From positions 62,001-126,000 of the IMG/VR virus record IMGVR_UViG_3300020188_000808: 64,000 nucleotides of DNA, one strand, 5' to 3'. Below are positions 9,827 to 19,772 of the stretch, in pieces (position 1 is the first letter of the stretch; the number at the start of each line of letters is the position of its first letter). The position numbers were made by a program, and so were the translations under genes. Under the pieces are notes generated by a model. That model was not told where the DNA came from. It saw nothing but the letters and a program-made list of their open reading frames with translations, and did no database searches.

Positions 9827-10633
9827 TTAATAATATACCACATATACTGCGCCTTCAGCACCTGGTGAACCACAACAGCATCCGCCGCCCATAGTTTGAC
9901 CTGCTTCGCCTGCGCCGCCTGGCCATGCACCAAATCCTTGACACTCACCGCCTCTTGCACAACAACCATTTGGTCCAATCTTTGGTCCTGCTTGTGCCAT
10001 TGGAGCAGTAGGAACAAATTGTAGTCCTCTATCGCCACAATGCTGTGATCTTTGTGCAGATCCAGTCATACTTGCAATACCAAAGTCAACGTTATTAGGT
10101 TGAATTTGACAGTTATAACAGTTCATACAACATCCGTAACAGTTAAAAAATCCATGACAATGTGTACAGTTACTACAGTAACCGCCACAAGCTACAGCAC
10201 AAAAACATGAGCCGCCTGTTGGTGTTCCAAATACAAAACTATTATGTCCTGCGTAGTTATTACCTGCATATAAACAACAGCCCGAACGTCCTGCACAAAT
10301 TGTGAATTGATCACCACCTGCTACGTTAGCTGATTTAATTGCATATCCTCCTGAATCCGATGGATATCCCTGCATACAGCAACATCCGCCTGTTCCTGAG
10401 CCACCACCGCCCCACATTTCCCATACAGCAAATGTAGCACCTTGTGGTACTGTCCAACGACAACATTTACCACCATTGTTGTTACAATAATATCTTGATT
10501 CTGGTGGAACTCCGTAAGCTGTTGCTGGCCACGCTTCGTTGTGATCTGCGTTCCAAGCATAACTTACAGTAAACGACTTTGGAGCAATAACTCCTACATC
10601 GTAACCTGGTAAATAATCTCTTAAACTTGACAT
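9827..10633 (-). CDS. Cys/Gly-rich fibre-tip (gp38-adhesin-like) protein
   Basis: 268 aa, 27 Cys by hand count. WTVP...WGGGGSG.GGCCC and terminal G.V.V.Y glycine-rich-domain pattern. Confidence 0.65.
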   Translation of the reverse strand: MSSLRDYLPGYDVGVIAPKSFTVSYAWNADHNEAWPATAYGVPPESRYYCNNNGGKCCRWTVPQGATFAVWEMWGGGGSGTGGCCCMQGYPSDSGGYAIKSANVAGGDQFTICAGRSGCCLYAGNNYAGHNSFVFGTPTGGSCFCAVACGGYCSNCTHCHGFFNCYGCCMNCYNCQIQPNNVDFGIASMTGSAQRSQHCGDRGLQFVPTAPMAQAGPKIGPNGCCARGGECQGFGAWPGGAGEAGQTMGGGCCCGSPGAEGAVYVVYY

Positions 10634-10645
10634 ATTCTATACTCC

Positions 10646-11416
10646 CTACGCTATATCCGATTGATAATAAACTACTACTAATCCGCCAGCGCCTGGTCCA
10701 CCGCAGTAACAAGTACCATTGTGAGTATGTAGCGTACCACCGCCTCCGCCTGGGAAGTCAGCTGGTCCGTCTGCATCTCTACCGTGTGTTTTATAACAGT
10801 TATCTCTTGACATTCTAGCTTGTTGTCCACCGTATGGTGCTGACGTCATGTTTTCCCATGATGAACTAGCACACATTGCTGTACCTGCTCCACCACCGTT
10901 AAATCCGCACATACTAAAGTCTGCGCCTTTTACACAACCGCACATTCTATTTGGACATCCGCAATGTCCGCCCCATGCACTACCAAATCCGCAAGTTGCA
11001 CAGCCATATCCGCCGCCACTTGAGCATAAGCACATGTAACCGCCTGAACAACAGCCGTTGCTTGAACACGCATAACTACCACATCCTGGACAGCCCATAA
11101 CTGGTCTACAGCAACCTGCCGCTCCTGCACATAATGTAAATGATGCCGCATTATTAATTTCTACAATTTTTCTACCGTATGATCCACTTCCACCAGGAAA
11201 GCCAGCCATACAACAACAGCCACCGCCGCCGTCACCGCCTGCACCCCACGTTTCAAAAGCGGCCCATGTTACATCGTCACTTGGGTTCCAATTACAACAG
11301 CATCCTGGGTTACTATTTCTAGTATTATCAAAAGAACTATGATAAACATAAATTGTTCTTAATGCTGGAGTACCTGTTGCAGTTCCAAGTTGTAGTAATG
11401 ATCTTAATGCAGACAT
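10646..11416 (-). CDS. Cys/Gly-rich fibre-tip (gp38-adhesin-like) protein
   Basis: 256 aa, 27 Cys by hand count. WGAGGDGGGGCCC and PGGGGG...GAGGLVVVYY. Confidence 0.65.
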   Translation of the reverse strand: MSALRSLLQLGTATGTPALRTIYVYHSSFDNTRNSNPGCCCNWNPSDDVTWAAFETWGAGGDGGGGCCCMAGFPGGSGSYGRKIVEINNAASFTLCAGAAGCCRPVMGCPGCGSYACSSNGCCSGGYMCLCSSGGGYGCATCGFGSAWGGHCGCPNRMCGCVKGADFSMCGFNGGGAGTAMCASSSWENMTSAPYGGQQARMSRDNCYKTHGRDADGPADFPGGGGGTLHTHNGTCYCGGPGAGGLVVVYYQSDIA

Positions 11417-11428
11417 TTATATTTCTCC

Positions 11429-12121
11429 TTAACCTATTCCTACGCCATCAGTTGACGGTGGTTCAGCATATCCGCCTACAGTTGGTTCTTCTGGGAACTT
11501 AACCATATGTGCTGGATATTCATCACTCTCGCCACGTTTGAACGTAACCGGTAATTCTCTTAATTTTGTTCTGAAATCAATCCATGGTTGCTTAACACTA
11601 TCAGGCATATCTGCCGCAACTCTGTGATCTGTTGCATCTAATCTATCATTTCTTAGTTGAGTTAGTGTTTCCCAAGTTTGCCAAGGTTGTTTCCAAGTTA
11701 GTGTCCAATTATTACTATCTTCATCATGTACACATAAATCTCTTTCGTAAGCATGATCTGGCATTGGAGGCCATTGAGTTGAGTAATTTCCATAACCTTC
11801 TGGTAATGCTGTTACTACTTCTGATTGTGATAGTGTTACTGTATGTGGTAGGAAGATAGAACACATTAATGTGTCTTCTCCAGCACAATCTAAAGTAACT
11901 AATCTTTCACCTTCTGGTGTAGTATCAGTTGTTGGATTGTAAATAAAATCTTCATCTGGTGCGTTTTGACTCAGTGTGTTTTTTCCTGTAGTAGCATCAA
12001 CAAATACGTATAGTCTGTCTGGACCTGTATAACTTGCTGTTGCTGTGTCCCCATCCGAGTTTGATTGACTCAAATATTCATTGGGGATATCATATGTAAA
12101 GTTTTTTGTAATTTCAGCCAT
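11429..12121 (-). CDS. Tail-fibre assembly chaperone-like protein
   Basis: 230 aa. WETLTQLRNDRLDATD...PWIDFRTKLRELP motif. Confidence 0.7.
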   Translation of the reverse strand: MAEITKNFTYDIPNEYLSQSNSDGDTATASYTGPDRLYVFVDATTGKNTLSQNAPDEDFIYNPTTDTTPEGERLVTLDCAGEDTLMCSIFLPHTVTLSQSEVVTALPEGYGNYSTQWPPMPDHAYERDLCVHDEDSNNWTLTWKQPWQTWETLTQLRNDRLDATDHRVAADMPDSVKQPWIDFRTKLRELPVTFKRGESDEYPAHMVKFPEEPTVGGYAEPPSTDGVGIG

Positions 12122-12150
12122 TTTGTTTCCTTCGTTTGTATTTAGTCATA

Positions 12151-12891
12151 TTAACTGTACGATACTTTAACCATTCCGCCTGAGCCCCAATGGCCCCAAC
12201 AGCATGGTCCGCCACATGCAGTACCATTATATCCAGCGTCCCCTGGGTAAGGTTGAGCACAACCCCATCCGCAACCTGAACAAGTCATTGGATTACCGCA
12301 ATAATCTCGACCTTTTCTAGTATTTGCACCTTTTGGTGGTCCACTTACGTAGTCCCACATTTGATTGTGACAATATTGTGTAGCCATAGGATTATTTCTA
12401 CTATGACCTAATCTTAAATCGCCCTGCGTACCGCCCGAAATTTGTGAACATCCAAAGCAACAGTTATATGCATAATGTGCATGACAGTTTGTTCTACCTG
12501 TACATCCACCTCTAGCACACGTAGTTGCAATACCAGATCCTGATACAAAACTAGTTGAACCATCAATGCCTAAGCAATCTCTTTCACAACATGCTCCGTT
12601 ACCAGCCGCACAAATTGTGTATTGGCAACCAGCTATTGTGTTTACTGATCTAATTGCGTATGATCCGCCGCCTGCGTTCTGTGAACTAAACTGACAGCAA
12701 CATCCTCCTGCTCCTGCGGCTCCTGCACCCCATAGCTCAAATGTTACGTTAACAATGTCTGCTGGTACTGTCCAAAGACAACAGCAACCGCCATTATTAA
12801 TACCCCTATTATTGTTGTACACATAGAAGAACTTTGTAGGAGCCGAAGTTCCCGAAGTAGTATCTCCTAAAAGTGTTCTCAGGTCTGCCAT
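12151..12891 (-). CDS. Cys/Gly-rich fibre-tip (gp38-adhesin-like) protein
   Basis: 246 aa, 25 Cys by hand count. GGCCCLWTVP...WGAGAAGAGGCCC...GSGGMVKVSY. Confidence 0.65.
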   Translation of the reverse strand: MADLRTLLGDTTSGTSAPTKFFYVYNNNRGINNGGCCCLWTVPADIVNVTFELWGAGAAGAGGCCCQFSSQNAGGGSYAIRSVNTIAGCQYTICAAGNGACCERDCLGIDGSTSFVSGSGIATTCARGGCTGRTNCHAHYAYNCCFGCSQISGGTQGDLRLGHSRNNPMATQYCHNQMWDYVSGPPKGANTRKGRDYCGNPMTCSGCGWGCAQPYPGDAGYNGTACGGPCCWGHWGSGGMVKVSYS

Positions 12892-12909
12892 AGTTAGTAT
12901 CCTCTCTTC

Positions 12910-13242
12910 TTACGTTCCTGACATAATCCAGCCGTATGTGGACCCGGAATAAATCAATGTAATAGCTACGTTATTAATGTCTAAAGTTAAGTCTTCTGAT
13001 AAATTCTGGATTTTTGAACCGTTTCTACCAAGTGTTACATTGTTAGTATTAAAACTACCTGTAACATCAATGATTGAAATAGTATCGTTTACAATTAAAC
13101 TAGCGTTAGCTGGTAAAGTAATTGTGAATCCACCACCATTTGAATTAGCTAAAATACGATCGTTAACTACAGCTTGATACGTGCTACTAACTTCACGAAT
13201 GACGCTACTTGCAGTTCCTGTTGTTGATATATATCTTCCCAT
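12910..13242 (-). CDS. Small fibre-associated beta protein
   Basis: 110 aa. GGFTITLPA...IIDVTGSFNTNNVTLGRNGSKI...LIYSGSTYGW, a pattern typical of phage fibre domains. Confidence 0.6.
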   Translation of the reverse strand: MGRYISTTGTASSVIREVSSTYQAVVNDRILANSNGGGFTITLPANASLIVNDTISIIDVTGSFNTNNVTLGRNGSKIQNLSEDLTLDINNVAITLIYSGSTYGWIMSGT

Positions 13243-13275
13243 TTTAGTGTTTCCTTTTTATTACTATATTTATCA

Positions 13276-13596
13276 TTATGCTGTAGATGTCTCAATACCC
13301 ATTGCTACTGCACTGACATTTGCGGCACTACTATAAACTACCAGAATTTGCCCTGCCGCCATTGCAATACCTGATCTTTCTAACACACCTTTAGCTAAAA
13401 TTTCAACATCATATTCAATGTATTCACTTGCTAGTGGTGTACCAGCTGATGCGACAGCAACTCTTACCGAAATTGCACTATTTCCTCTATTACAAATCGA
13501 TAGCGTTACAATCCCGAAGGTGTTTGCAGGTACCGTGTAAAGAGAAGTGTTAGTGCCAGCGGCTAAGTCTGCGTGTCCTAATCTTCCTGTGGCCAT
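13276..13596 (-). CDS. Small beta-sandwich virion protein (paralog of 25495..25824 and 29440..29772)
   Basis: 106 aa. LYTVPA...LSICN motif. Confidence 0.6.
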   Translation of the reverse strand: MATGRLGHADLAAGTNTSLYTVPANTFGIVTLSICNRGNSAISVRVAVASAGTPLASEYIEYDVEILAKGVLERSGIAMAAGQILVVYSSAANVSAVAMGIETSTA

Positions 13597-13608
13597 ATTG
13601 TTTCTCCT

Positions 13609-16600
13609 TTAACTCAATATAAATTGTTGCATTGCAACTGGTGATCCGCTTACGCCACCTGTGAAATGCATCTGTGCTGTTGTATTTATTAATACTCCGG
13701 TAGTTGTTGTAATTGTATTACCTTGAATATTAATTACTCCAGCTGTTACACTATTTACGTTCAATTCTGACGCTCCTCCACCAATTTGGCTAGTAATATA
13801 TGTCTTAATAGCTTTTTGTGTAGGAACAATACTGTCACTATTTGCTGTAAATGTTCCGTCTGTACTAAACTCATTAACTGTTGCACCAGCACCGCCAAGT
13901 GCTACTGCTCCAAGTTGTAGTTCTTGTAGTCCTGATATACTAAATGCATCAGCATTTAGGGTTGCAATACCAGTTGCTTGTTCAACACTAAACAAGTCGC
14001 CAACTCTAAAGTTACCGTCTTGGTCTGTACTTGTGAAGAACACTCTTCCTCCACCGCCTTCAACAGCTTCATCATTTGGATCAGCTGGTGTAGTTGGTGT
14101 GCCTGGATAGTTAGTAGTAGTAAATCCACCAGTACCAATATCCAAATAATCGTGACCTGTAAGTCTACATTGTGAGTATCTAATTCTCATCTCTATGTTA
14201 TCACCATGTATTGGAGCATCATCTAATGCCATATTTGGTGATATTTGTAACAATGCTGAGTAAGGTGAACTACCTGTTAACTGTGTAACACTAACTAGTT
14301 TAAAGAATGTTCCTGGTAAACTAGCAAACTCAACGTTTGCGCCAGCTTGTGGAATACTTTCCATTCCTTCGACTTGGATATACTTGCCATCTTGTTTAGC
14401 ATCTCTATATCCTGCTCCGTAAGCAATAGTACCGTTAACAATGTATGGACTACCAAGTGTAAGTACTGCTGGAAATAGTCTATAAACATCTAAGTAAAGT
14501 TGTAATGTGTCGCCATCAATAACTTTTACATAATAACTATTACCATTAAGTTGAGTAGTACCACCTACACCATTAATTAATACTTTATCTCCGTCTACTA
14601 ATCCGTGTGTAGCAACAGTAATATTTAAAATACCTGTTCCGCCATCTTTTGGTAAACTGTCAAGACCGTTAATTAATCCTTCGTTGATAATGTCAATTAA
14701 CTCGCCAGCTAATGTAATAGCACCTGCTTCTGCATTATTAGCATTTGTAGTTTGTGTAGTTACTACTGGACTTTGTAGAGTTGTATATGTTGTATTAATT
14801 AAAATATAACTGTTTAATAACGTTCTCATAAACTCATAAGCCGCAAGTTTTTGACTTTGTCTTCCTGGTAGTGTAGTGTTAACACCAATCCAATAACTTC
14901 TTGCCGCTTTAATTGATTCTTTAGTTCCACCAAACTTAATGTCATGTGCTAATGCGTCAACATATTCGCCAACATTTGATTCCCATGATGATTTGTCATA
15001 TGTAAATGCATTCCATAATGTAGAACTACCTGCGTTTGCAATTTGGTTATCAATCCAAGCAATAACTTCGTCTTTAATAAATTCTTTGTTGTCAGTAAGC
15101 AATGTATAAGCAAACGGATTAGCAGTAAATGTTACTCCTGTAATATCTTTACTAAACCCTGCATCTGAAACTGTTGCTGTTGCCGCTGTCCAACCTGTTC
15201 CTCTTGAAGCAAATGTTGGTTGTGCAAGTACACCATCAGCAACAAATACTTCTAATGGAGCATCTAATGTATTGTTTGGATCTGTAAATGTTACAGTTGG
15301 AGGTGTTGTATAAGAAGCACCTGGATGGATAATTCTTACTTCACTAATTTTACCATCTGCAACTTTTGCTCTTGCAACTGCTTGAGCCGTTGCTGTTGAT
15401 CCATCATTGCCAGGAGCACTAATGTTAACTCTTGGTTCAATGCTATATTGTGTTGTATTATCTAATTCAGCTTCAACGGCTTGTCCTGGCACAGTAACGT
15501 CCCAACCAGCTGTGTCATCTGAATACTTTTTAATATTAGCAATCTTTGTACCTGCATTATAAGTGTCAATATACCCATACTGTCCAGCACCTGTTCCGCC
15601 TACAAGGAATACTGCCATACCTGTGTATGCCGCACTCAACGAAGCGTCAGTGTTTGAAATTGTAATACTTGTAGTATCACCTGTCTGTGGAGTATTTGTT
15701 GCAGTTTTATAATCTGCACCACCAAATGTATCATCGTCACCTGTTAAACGAATTTGCATAACACCACCAGTTACAACTGTTGGAGTTAATCCTGTAATAC
15801 CAAATCCATCTCCAGAATAACTAAGTGTTGTGTTTGCCGGTACATAATCTCTACCTGCATGAATGTATTCATGGTGTATAATTCCTGCGTTGTCTGTTAC
15901 AACTGCACCAATTACAGCATCAAAACTTCTATTATCTACTGTTGCTTTAATAGCTGTTTCAGTTAAGTCAACACCTTCTGCTACAGTACCAAAGTCACCG
16001 TATGAACTGTTACCGTTAGTAGCACGTATTTTACCACCTGCTTCTGCAAGATAACCAATGTGTCCATAATATGAGAACACGGAAACAAGTTCTGCTCTTC
16101 CTAAGTTAGTTACCCATGCACCAATACCTTCATCAAGTACTTGTGTAAAGTCGTTAGCAACAATTGAATCGTTACCACCGTTGTGAATATCTCCGTCAAC
16201 TTTCATACCAACACATCTTGTACCAAATGTTGTTACGTTTTGTACATATGGTGAACGTGTGTTAATCCACGCATCTTCATCATCTGGTCCCCAACTTGGG
16301 TTAAGTGAACAAAATGCTCCTGCTGTTGGACGTTTAGTTCCGTATGCGTTTGGTGCACTTAATGTACCTGTTAGTCCTTTAACAGTACAGTTTCTTAATC
16401 CTGTGCCGTTTTCTAAATAGAACATGTCTTCTAGTAAACTTCCGTTAACTGCATTACTAAACCATCTAGCTACTAGGGTTGAATAATAATTGCCAAAGTT
16501 TTCTAAATCCCAAAGGACTGCTTTCATGTATTCTTTTAAATCTCTTTTACATTTTGATTGCATACTTGCACTAGCCATTGCTTCTTGGAAGTCTTTTGTG

Positions 16601-19600
16601 TTGTTTGCTTGAATATATTCAAATCCTTCATCAACTAAGAAATCTAAGTTAGCATAAATTTTGCCTCTAGTATCTGTGTATGCCGCATCAACTCTTCTAC
16701 CAACTTGTCCTACAACTGTTGGCTTAGTTCCTGCGCCGTTAACTTCATAATCAATCCAATCATGGATGTCTTGTACTAATAATTCTGCTGTTTCTACAGC
16801 CGCCGCAGTACCTGCTGGAACATTTGTATCTTGTGTACGTGTGTTTCCTGTAGCGATTGTTGCAACATCCATTGTAAATGCCGCTCCGCCGCCGCTACCT
16901 AATGCACTATCTGCAATAGTAATTGTGTCATTAACTGCATGTCCAGAACCTGCTGTAACTACTAGTACGCTTGTTACTGCTCCTGTTCCGTCAACTGCAA
17001 TATCAAAAGTTCCTACTACTCCTGTGCCACTAGATGATCCAGTTACACCTGTGTAGGTTCCTGTTGCTCTACTTGCGTCTGCGGCTCCAAATGTATCCAT
17101 TGTTAAGTGGCCACCTGCTGGTGTTTTAGTAACAGAATTATTTAAAATTGTATCACTAAGTATTGCCTTCATTCTTAAAATAGCAATTTTACTTAAATTT
17201 GCATCGTTAGTATCAGTTGGTCCAGCTGTTGCCGCACTAATTTCAGTACTACGTAATTCATCGCCAACAACTGCTGTATCTGCTGGAACAATAATCGGAA
17301 GTACTTCGTTGTATTGTCCTGTTTTAACAAAAATTGACACGTTTGGTTTAATCTTTTTAGCTAAACTATTTGTATTACCTGCTGTAATTGTATCTGTAAT
17401 TAATATTGTTAGTGCGTTAGCTGTTGTTTCAATGTTTGGTTCAGCAGTTTTAGTAGAATCAGTAATTTGTAAAACTGGTGTTGCTACGCTGTTTAATGTT
17501 GCGTAGTTTACTGCTGGCGCTAAGTTAGTAATAATGCTTGGTATTAAACTCATTGCATAATTAATTGCCGCATTGGTTTCGTCTTCTTGTCCTGATACAT
17601 AGTTTGCACCTGCAGGTGAAATATAAGATAACGCCGCTTCACGCATTCTTACGTTTCCGCCGTGTCTTAAATCCCATAGTAATGCATCTAAAATAATTCC
17701 AATGTCTCTACGACACTTAACTGCATCGTATGTAAATCCACTTGTAAACGGAGCAGTATTATTTGCAATACTGTGTGTAATAAACTCCATTGTTTGTTCT
17801 TGAATAAACTGTTTATTTCTTTCAATTAGATATGTTGCTTCAGGATTACGCGGACCTCTACGTACTTGTTCAGCCGCCCATCTTGTTGAAAAGAAAGGCT
17901 TATCAATTGTTACACCGTATGCTGGTGCAAATCCGTCTGTTCCGTTTGTACCAACATAATAAACTTGATCTAGTTGTCCAAAGTATGCCCATTCTGGAGC
18001 ATTTTCAGCTTCATTAACTTTTAATACTTGTCCTGCTTTACCAATTGGTAATCTAGTTGGACCTGCTCCACCATAGTAAACCAAATCACCAAGTGTTGTT
18101 AAGTTTCCTGATTCAACTCCACCGGATAATAAGTTCCAATATGCTCCAGCTACATCTTGATCTGGTCTGTTTTGTACTGATACTTCATCTGATGTGTGTG
18201 CTTGTACACAAATATAAGAGTTAACATTATTAATACCTCTAACAGTATCACCTAAATCATAGTATGTTGCGTCAGCCCATGCATCTTTCCAAGACATACC
18301 TTCATTAAGTCTATCCCAGTAAGTTACATTTGGTGGTCTATTTCCTGTTGTATCTTGAATACTAATATATGTGTAGCCACCTACACGTACAACATCACCT
18401 ACTTTATAAGCAGTTGCGTTGTTATAGTCGCCTTTTAAACTAAATCCTGTTGTAAATAAATCCCACGTTGCCGCATTGCCAAATGGAACAACGTTAGTGT
18501 TATTTGCTGTTGCAATATATGAGTAACCACCATAAGTTACAAAGTCACCAATTTGGTATGCAGTTGCATTTGACCAACTGTCTTCAAATTCTAATCCTGG
18601 TACAAATGTTTGCCACTGTGTTACTGTTTCAATAGTAGCAACATTAAATGTAAATCCTGTTCCTGCGCCGCCAATTGATCCTGGACCAACTGTGATTGTA
18701 TCGCCTGGAGCATGTCCTGCGCCACCTTTAACTACTACAAGTGTTACTGCACCTGTTCCGTCAACTGTTGCGTTAACTCTGTGTCCAGTACCAGTACCAC
18801 TAGTGGTACCTGTAATGTCATTGTATGTTCCTGCTATTCTGTCTGGATCAGCGGCACTAATTGTATCAACTGTTACAATATGTCCTGCGGCTGATACGTC
18901 ATCAGTTAAACTTGTTGCACTTGATGTATGTTCGTGTGTGTTAATCCAAAGACCGCCACCATACTTAACAACATCATTAAGTTTATATCTTGTATTAATT
19001 GCGTGTACTGATTTATATTCAATACCATTGTGTACAATATCCCATTTAGTTTGGTCTGACTCTAAACCATTAGAGGCTGTTGCCGCACTTTGGTGTCCTT
19101 CGTTACAAATATATAATTTGCCGCCATACTTAACAGTATCAGAAACTTTATACCTAGTTGCTACAGACCAATCTGTTTTCCAGTCCATACCTTTTGAGAA
19201 AATATCCCATTTCTCTATATCGGCTTCTAATCCGTCAGTGTCTGAATTTTGTGAGCTTGCCCCTGTATGTGCAGTATTACAAAGATATAAGTTGCCACCG
19301 TACTTAACAATATCGTTAACTTTATAAACTGTAGAAATAGTCCATACATTTTTCCAATTAAATCCTTCTGCGAATAAATCCCATTTAGCTTGATCAGTTT
19401 CTAAAATTCCAGCTAGACCAATTTCTATAGACCCGTCTGCAGATGAAGTATGTGCTGTATTACAAATATAGATATAACCGCCGTACTTGACAATATCATT
19501 CTGTTTATAATTATATCCAGAATTCCAATCACCTTGCCATTGAACGCCGTCAGTAAATAAGTTCCACTTTGTTGATTCGTCAGTAGTAAAATCAGCTGAG

Positions 19601-19731
19601 GCAGTATGCCCAACATTACAGAAGTAAGTTCTTCCGCCTTGTCTTACAATATCGTCTTTATAGTATAAAGCACCAGTTGTCCAAGTGCCTTTCCATACAA
19701 ATCTAATTCTACCTAGTTTAAATTCAGCCAT
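13609..19731 (-). CDS. Giant tail-fibre/virion structural protein
   Basis: 2040 aa. Many W....Y..GD.V.YGG..Y.C...H.S repeats, a predicted beta-helix region and C-terminal GGRVFFTSTDQDGNFRVG. Confidence 0.8.
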   Translation of the reverse strand: MAEFKLGRIRFVWKGTWTTGALYYKDDIVRQGGRTYFCNVGHTASADFTTDESTKWNLFTDGVQWQGDWNSGYNYKQNDIVKYGGYIYICNTAHTSSADGSIEIGLAGILETDQAKWDLFAEGFNWKNVWTISTVYKVNDIVKYGGNLYLCNTAHTGASSQNSDTDGLEADIEKWDIFSKGMDWKTDWSVATRYKVSDTVKYGGKLYICNEGHQSAATASNGLESDQTKWDIVHNGIEYKSVHAINTRYKLNDVVKYGGGLWINTHEHTSSATSLTDDVSAAGHIVTVDTISAADPDRIAGTYNDITGTTSGTGTGHRVNATVDGTGAVTLVVVKGGAGHAPGDTITVGPGSIGGAGTGFTFNVATIETVTQWQTFVPGLEFEDSWSNATAYQIGDFVTYGGYSYIATANNTNVVPFGNAATWDLFTTGFSLKGDYNNATAYKVGDVVRVGGYTYISIQDTTGNRPPNVTYWDRLNEGMSWKDAWADATYYDLGDTVRGINNVNSYICVQAHTSDEVSVQNRPDQDVAGAYWNLLSGGVESGNLTTLGDLVYYGGAGPTRLPIGKAGQVLKVNEAENAPEWAYFGQLDQVYYVGTNGTDGFAPAYGVTIDKPFFSTRWAAEQVRRGPRNPEATYLIERNKQFIQEQTMEFITHSIANNTAPFTSGFTYDAVKCRRDIGIILDALLWDLRHGGNVRMREAALSYISPAGANYVSGQEDETNAAINYAMSLIPSIITNLAPAVNYATLNSVATPVLQITDSTKTAEPNIETTANALTILITDTITAGNTNSLAKKIKPNVSIFVKTGQYNEVLPIIVPADTAVVGDELRSTEISAATAGPTDTNDANLSKIAILRMKAILSDTILNNSVTKTPAGGHLTMDTFGAADASRATGTYTGVTGSSSGTGVVGTFDIAVDGTGAVTSVLVVTAGSGHAVNDTITIADSALGSGGGAAFTMDVATIATGNTRTQDTNVPAGTAAAVETAELLVQDIHDWIDYEVNGAGTKPTVVGQVGRRVDAAYTDTRGKIYANLDFLVDEGFEYIQANNTKDFQEAMASASMQSKCKRDLKEYMKAVLWDLENFGNYYSTLVARWFSNAVNGSLLEDMFYLENGTGLRNCTVKGLTGTLSAPNAYGTKRPTAGAFCSLNPSWGPDDEDAWINTRSPYVQNVTTFGTRCVGMKVDGDIHNGGNDSIVANDFTQVLDEGIGAWVTNLGRAELVSVFSYYGHIGYLAEAGGKIRATNGNSSYGDFGTVAEGVDLTETAIKATVDNRSFDAVIGAVVTDNAGIIHHEYIHAGRDYVPANTTLSYSGDGFGITGLTPTVVTGGVMQIRLTGDDDTFGGADYKTATNTPQTGDTTSITISNTDASLSAAYTGMAVFLVGGTGAGQYGYIDTYNAGTKIANIKKYSDDTAGWDVTVPGQAVEAELDNTTQYSIEPRVNISAPGNDGSTATAQAVARAKVADGKISEVRIIHPGASYTTPPTVTFTDPNNTLDAPLEVFVADGVLAQPTFASRGTGWTAATATVSDAGFSKDITGVTFTANPFAYTLLTDNKEFIKDEVIAWIDNQIANAGSSTLWNAFTYDKSSWESNVGEYVDALAHDIKFGGTKESIKAARSYWIGVNTTLPGRQSQKLAAYEFMRTLLNSYILINTTYTTLQSPVVTTQTTNANNAEAGAITLAGELIDIINEGLINGLDSLPKDGGTGILNITVATHGLVDGDKVLINGVGGTTQLNGNSYYVKVIDGDTLQLYLDVYRLFPAVLTLGSPYIVNGTIAYGAGYRDAKQDGKYIQVEGMESIPQAGANVEFASLPGTFFKLVSVTQLTGSSPYSALLQISPNMALDDAPIHGDNIEMRIRYSQCRLTGHDYLDIGTGGFTTTNYPGTPTTPADPNDEAVEGGGGRVFFTSTDQDGNFRVGDLFSVEQATGIATLNADAFSISGLQELQLGAVALGGAGATVNEFSTDGTFTANSDSIVPTQKAIKTYITSQIGGGASELNVNSVTAGVINIQGNTITTTTGVLINTTAQMHFTGGVSGSPVAMQQFILS

Positions 19732-19772
19732 TTTTTCTTCCTACATGCATGTTATATGTATTTATCATTTGT

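Noticed and set aside
9827-12891. Cys-rich proteins read as metallothioneins, defensins or RiPP precursors
   Set aside because: Length, shared glycine-rich-domain motifs and pairing with fibre chaperones fit adhesins better. No leader/core layout.
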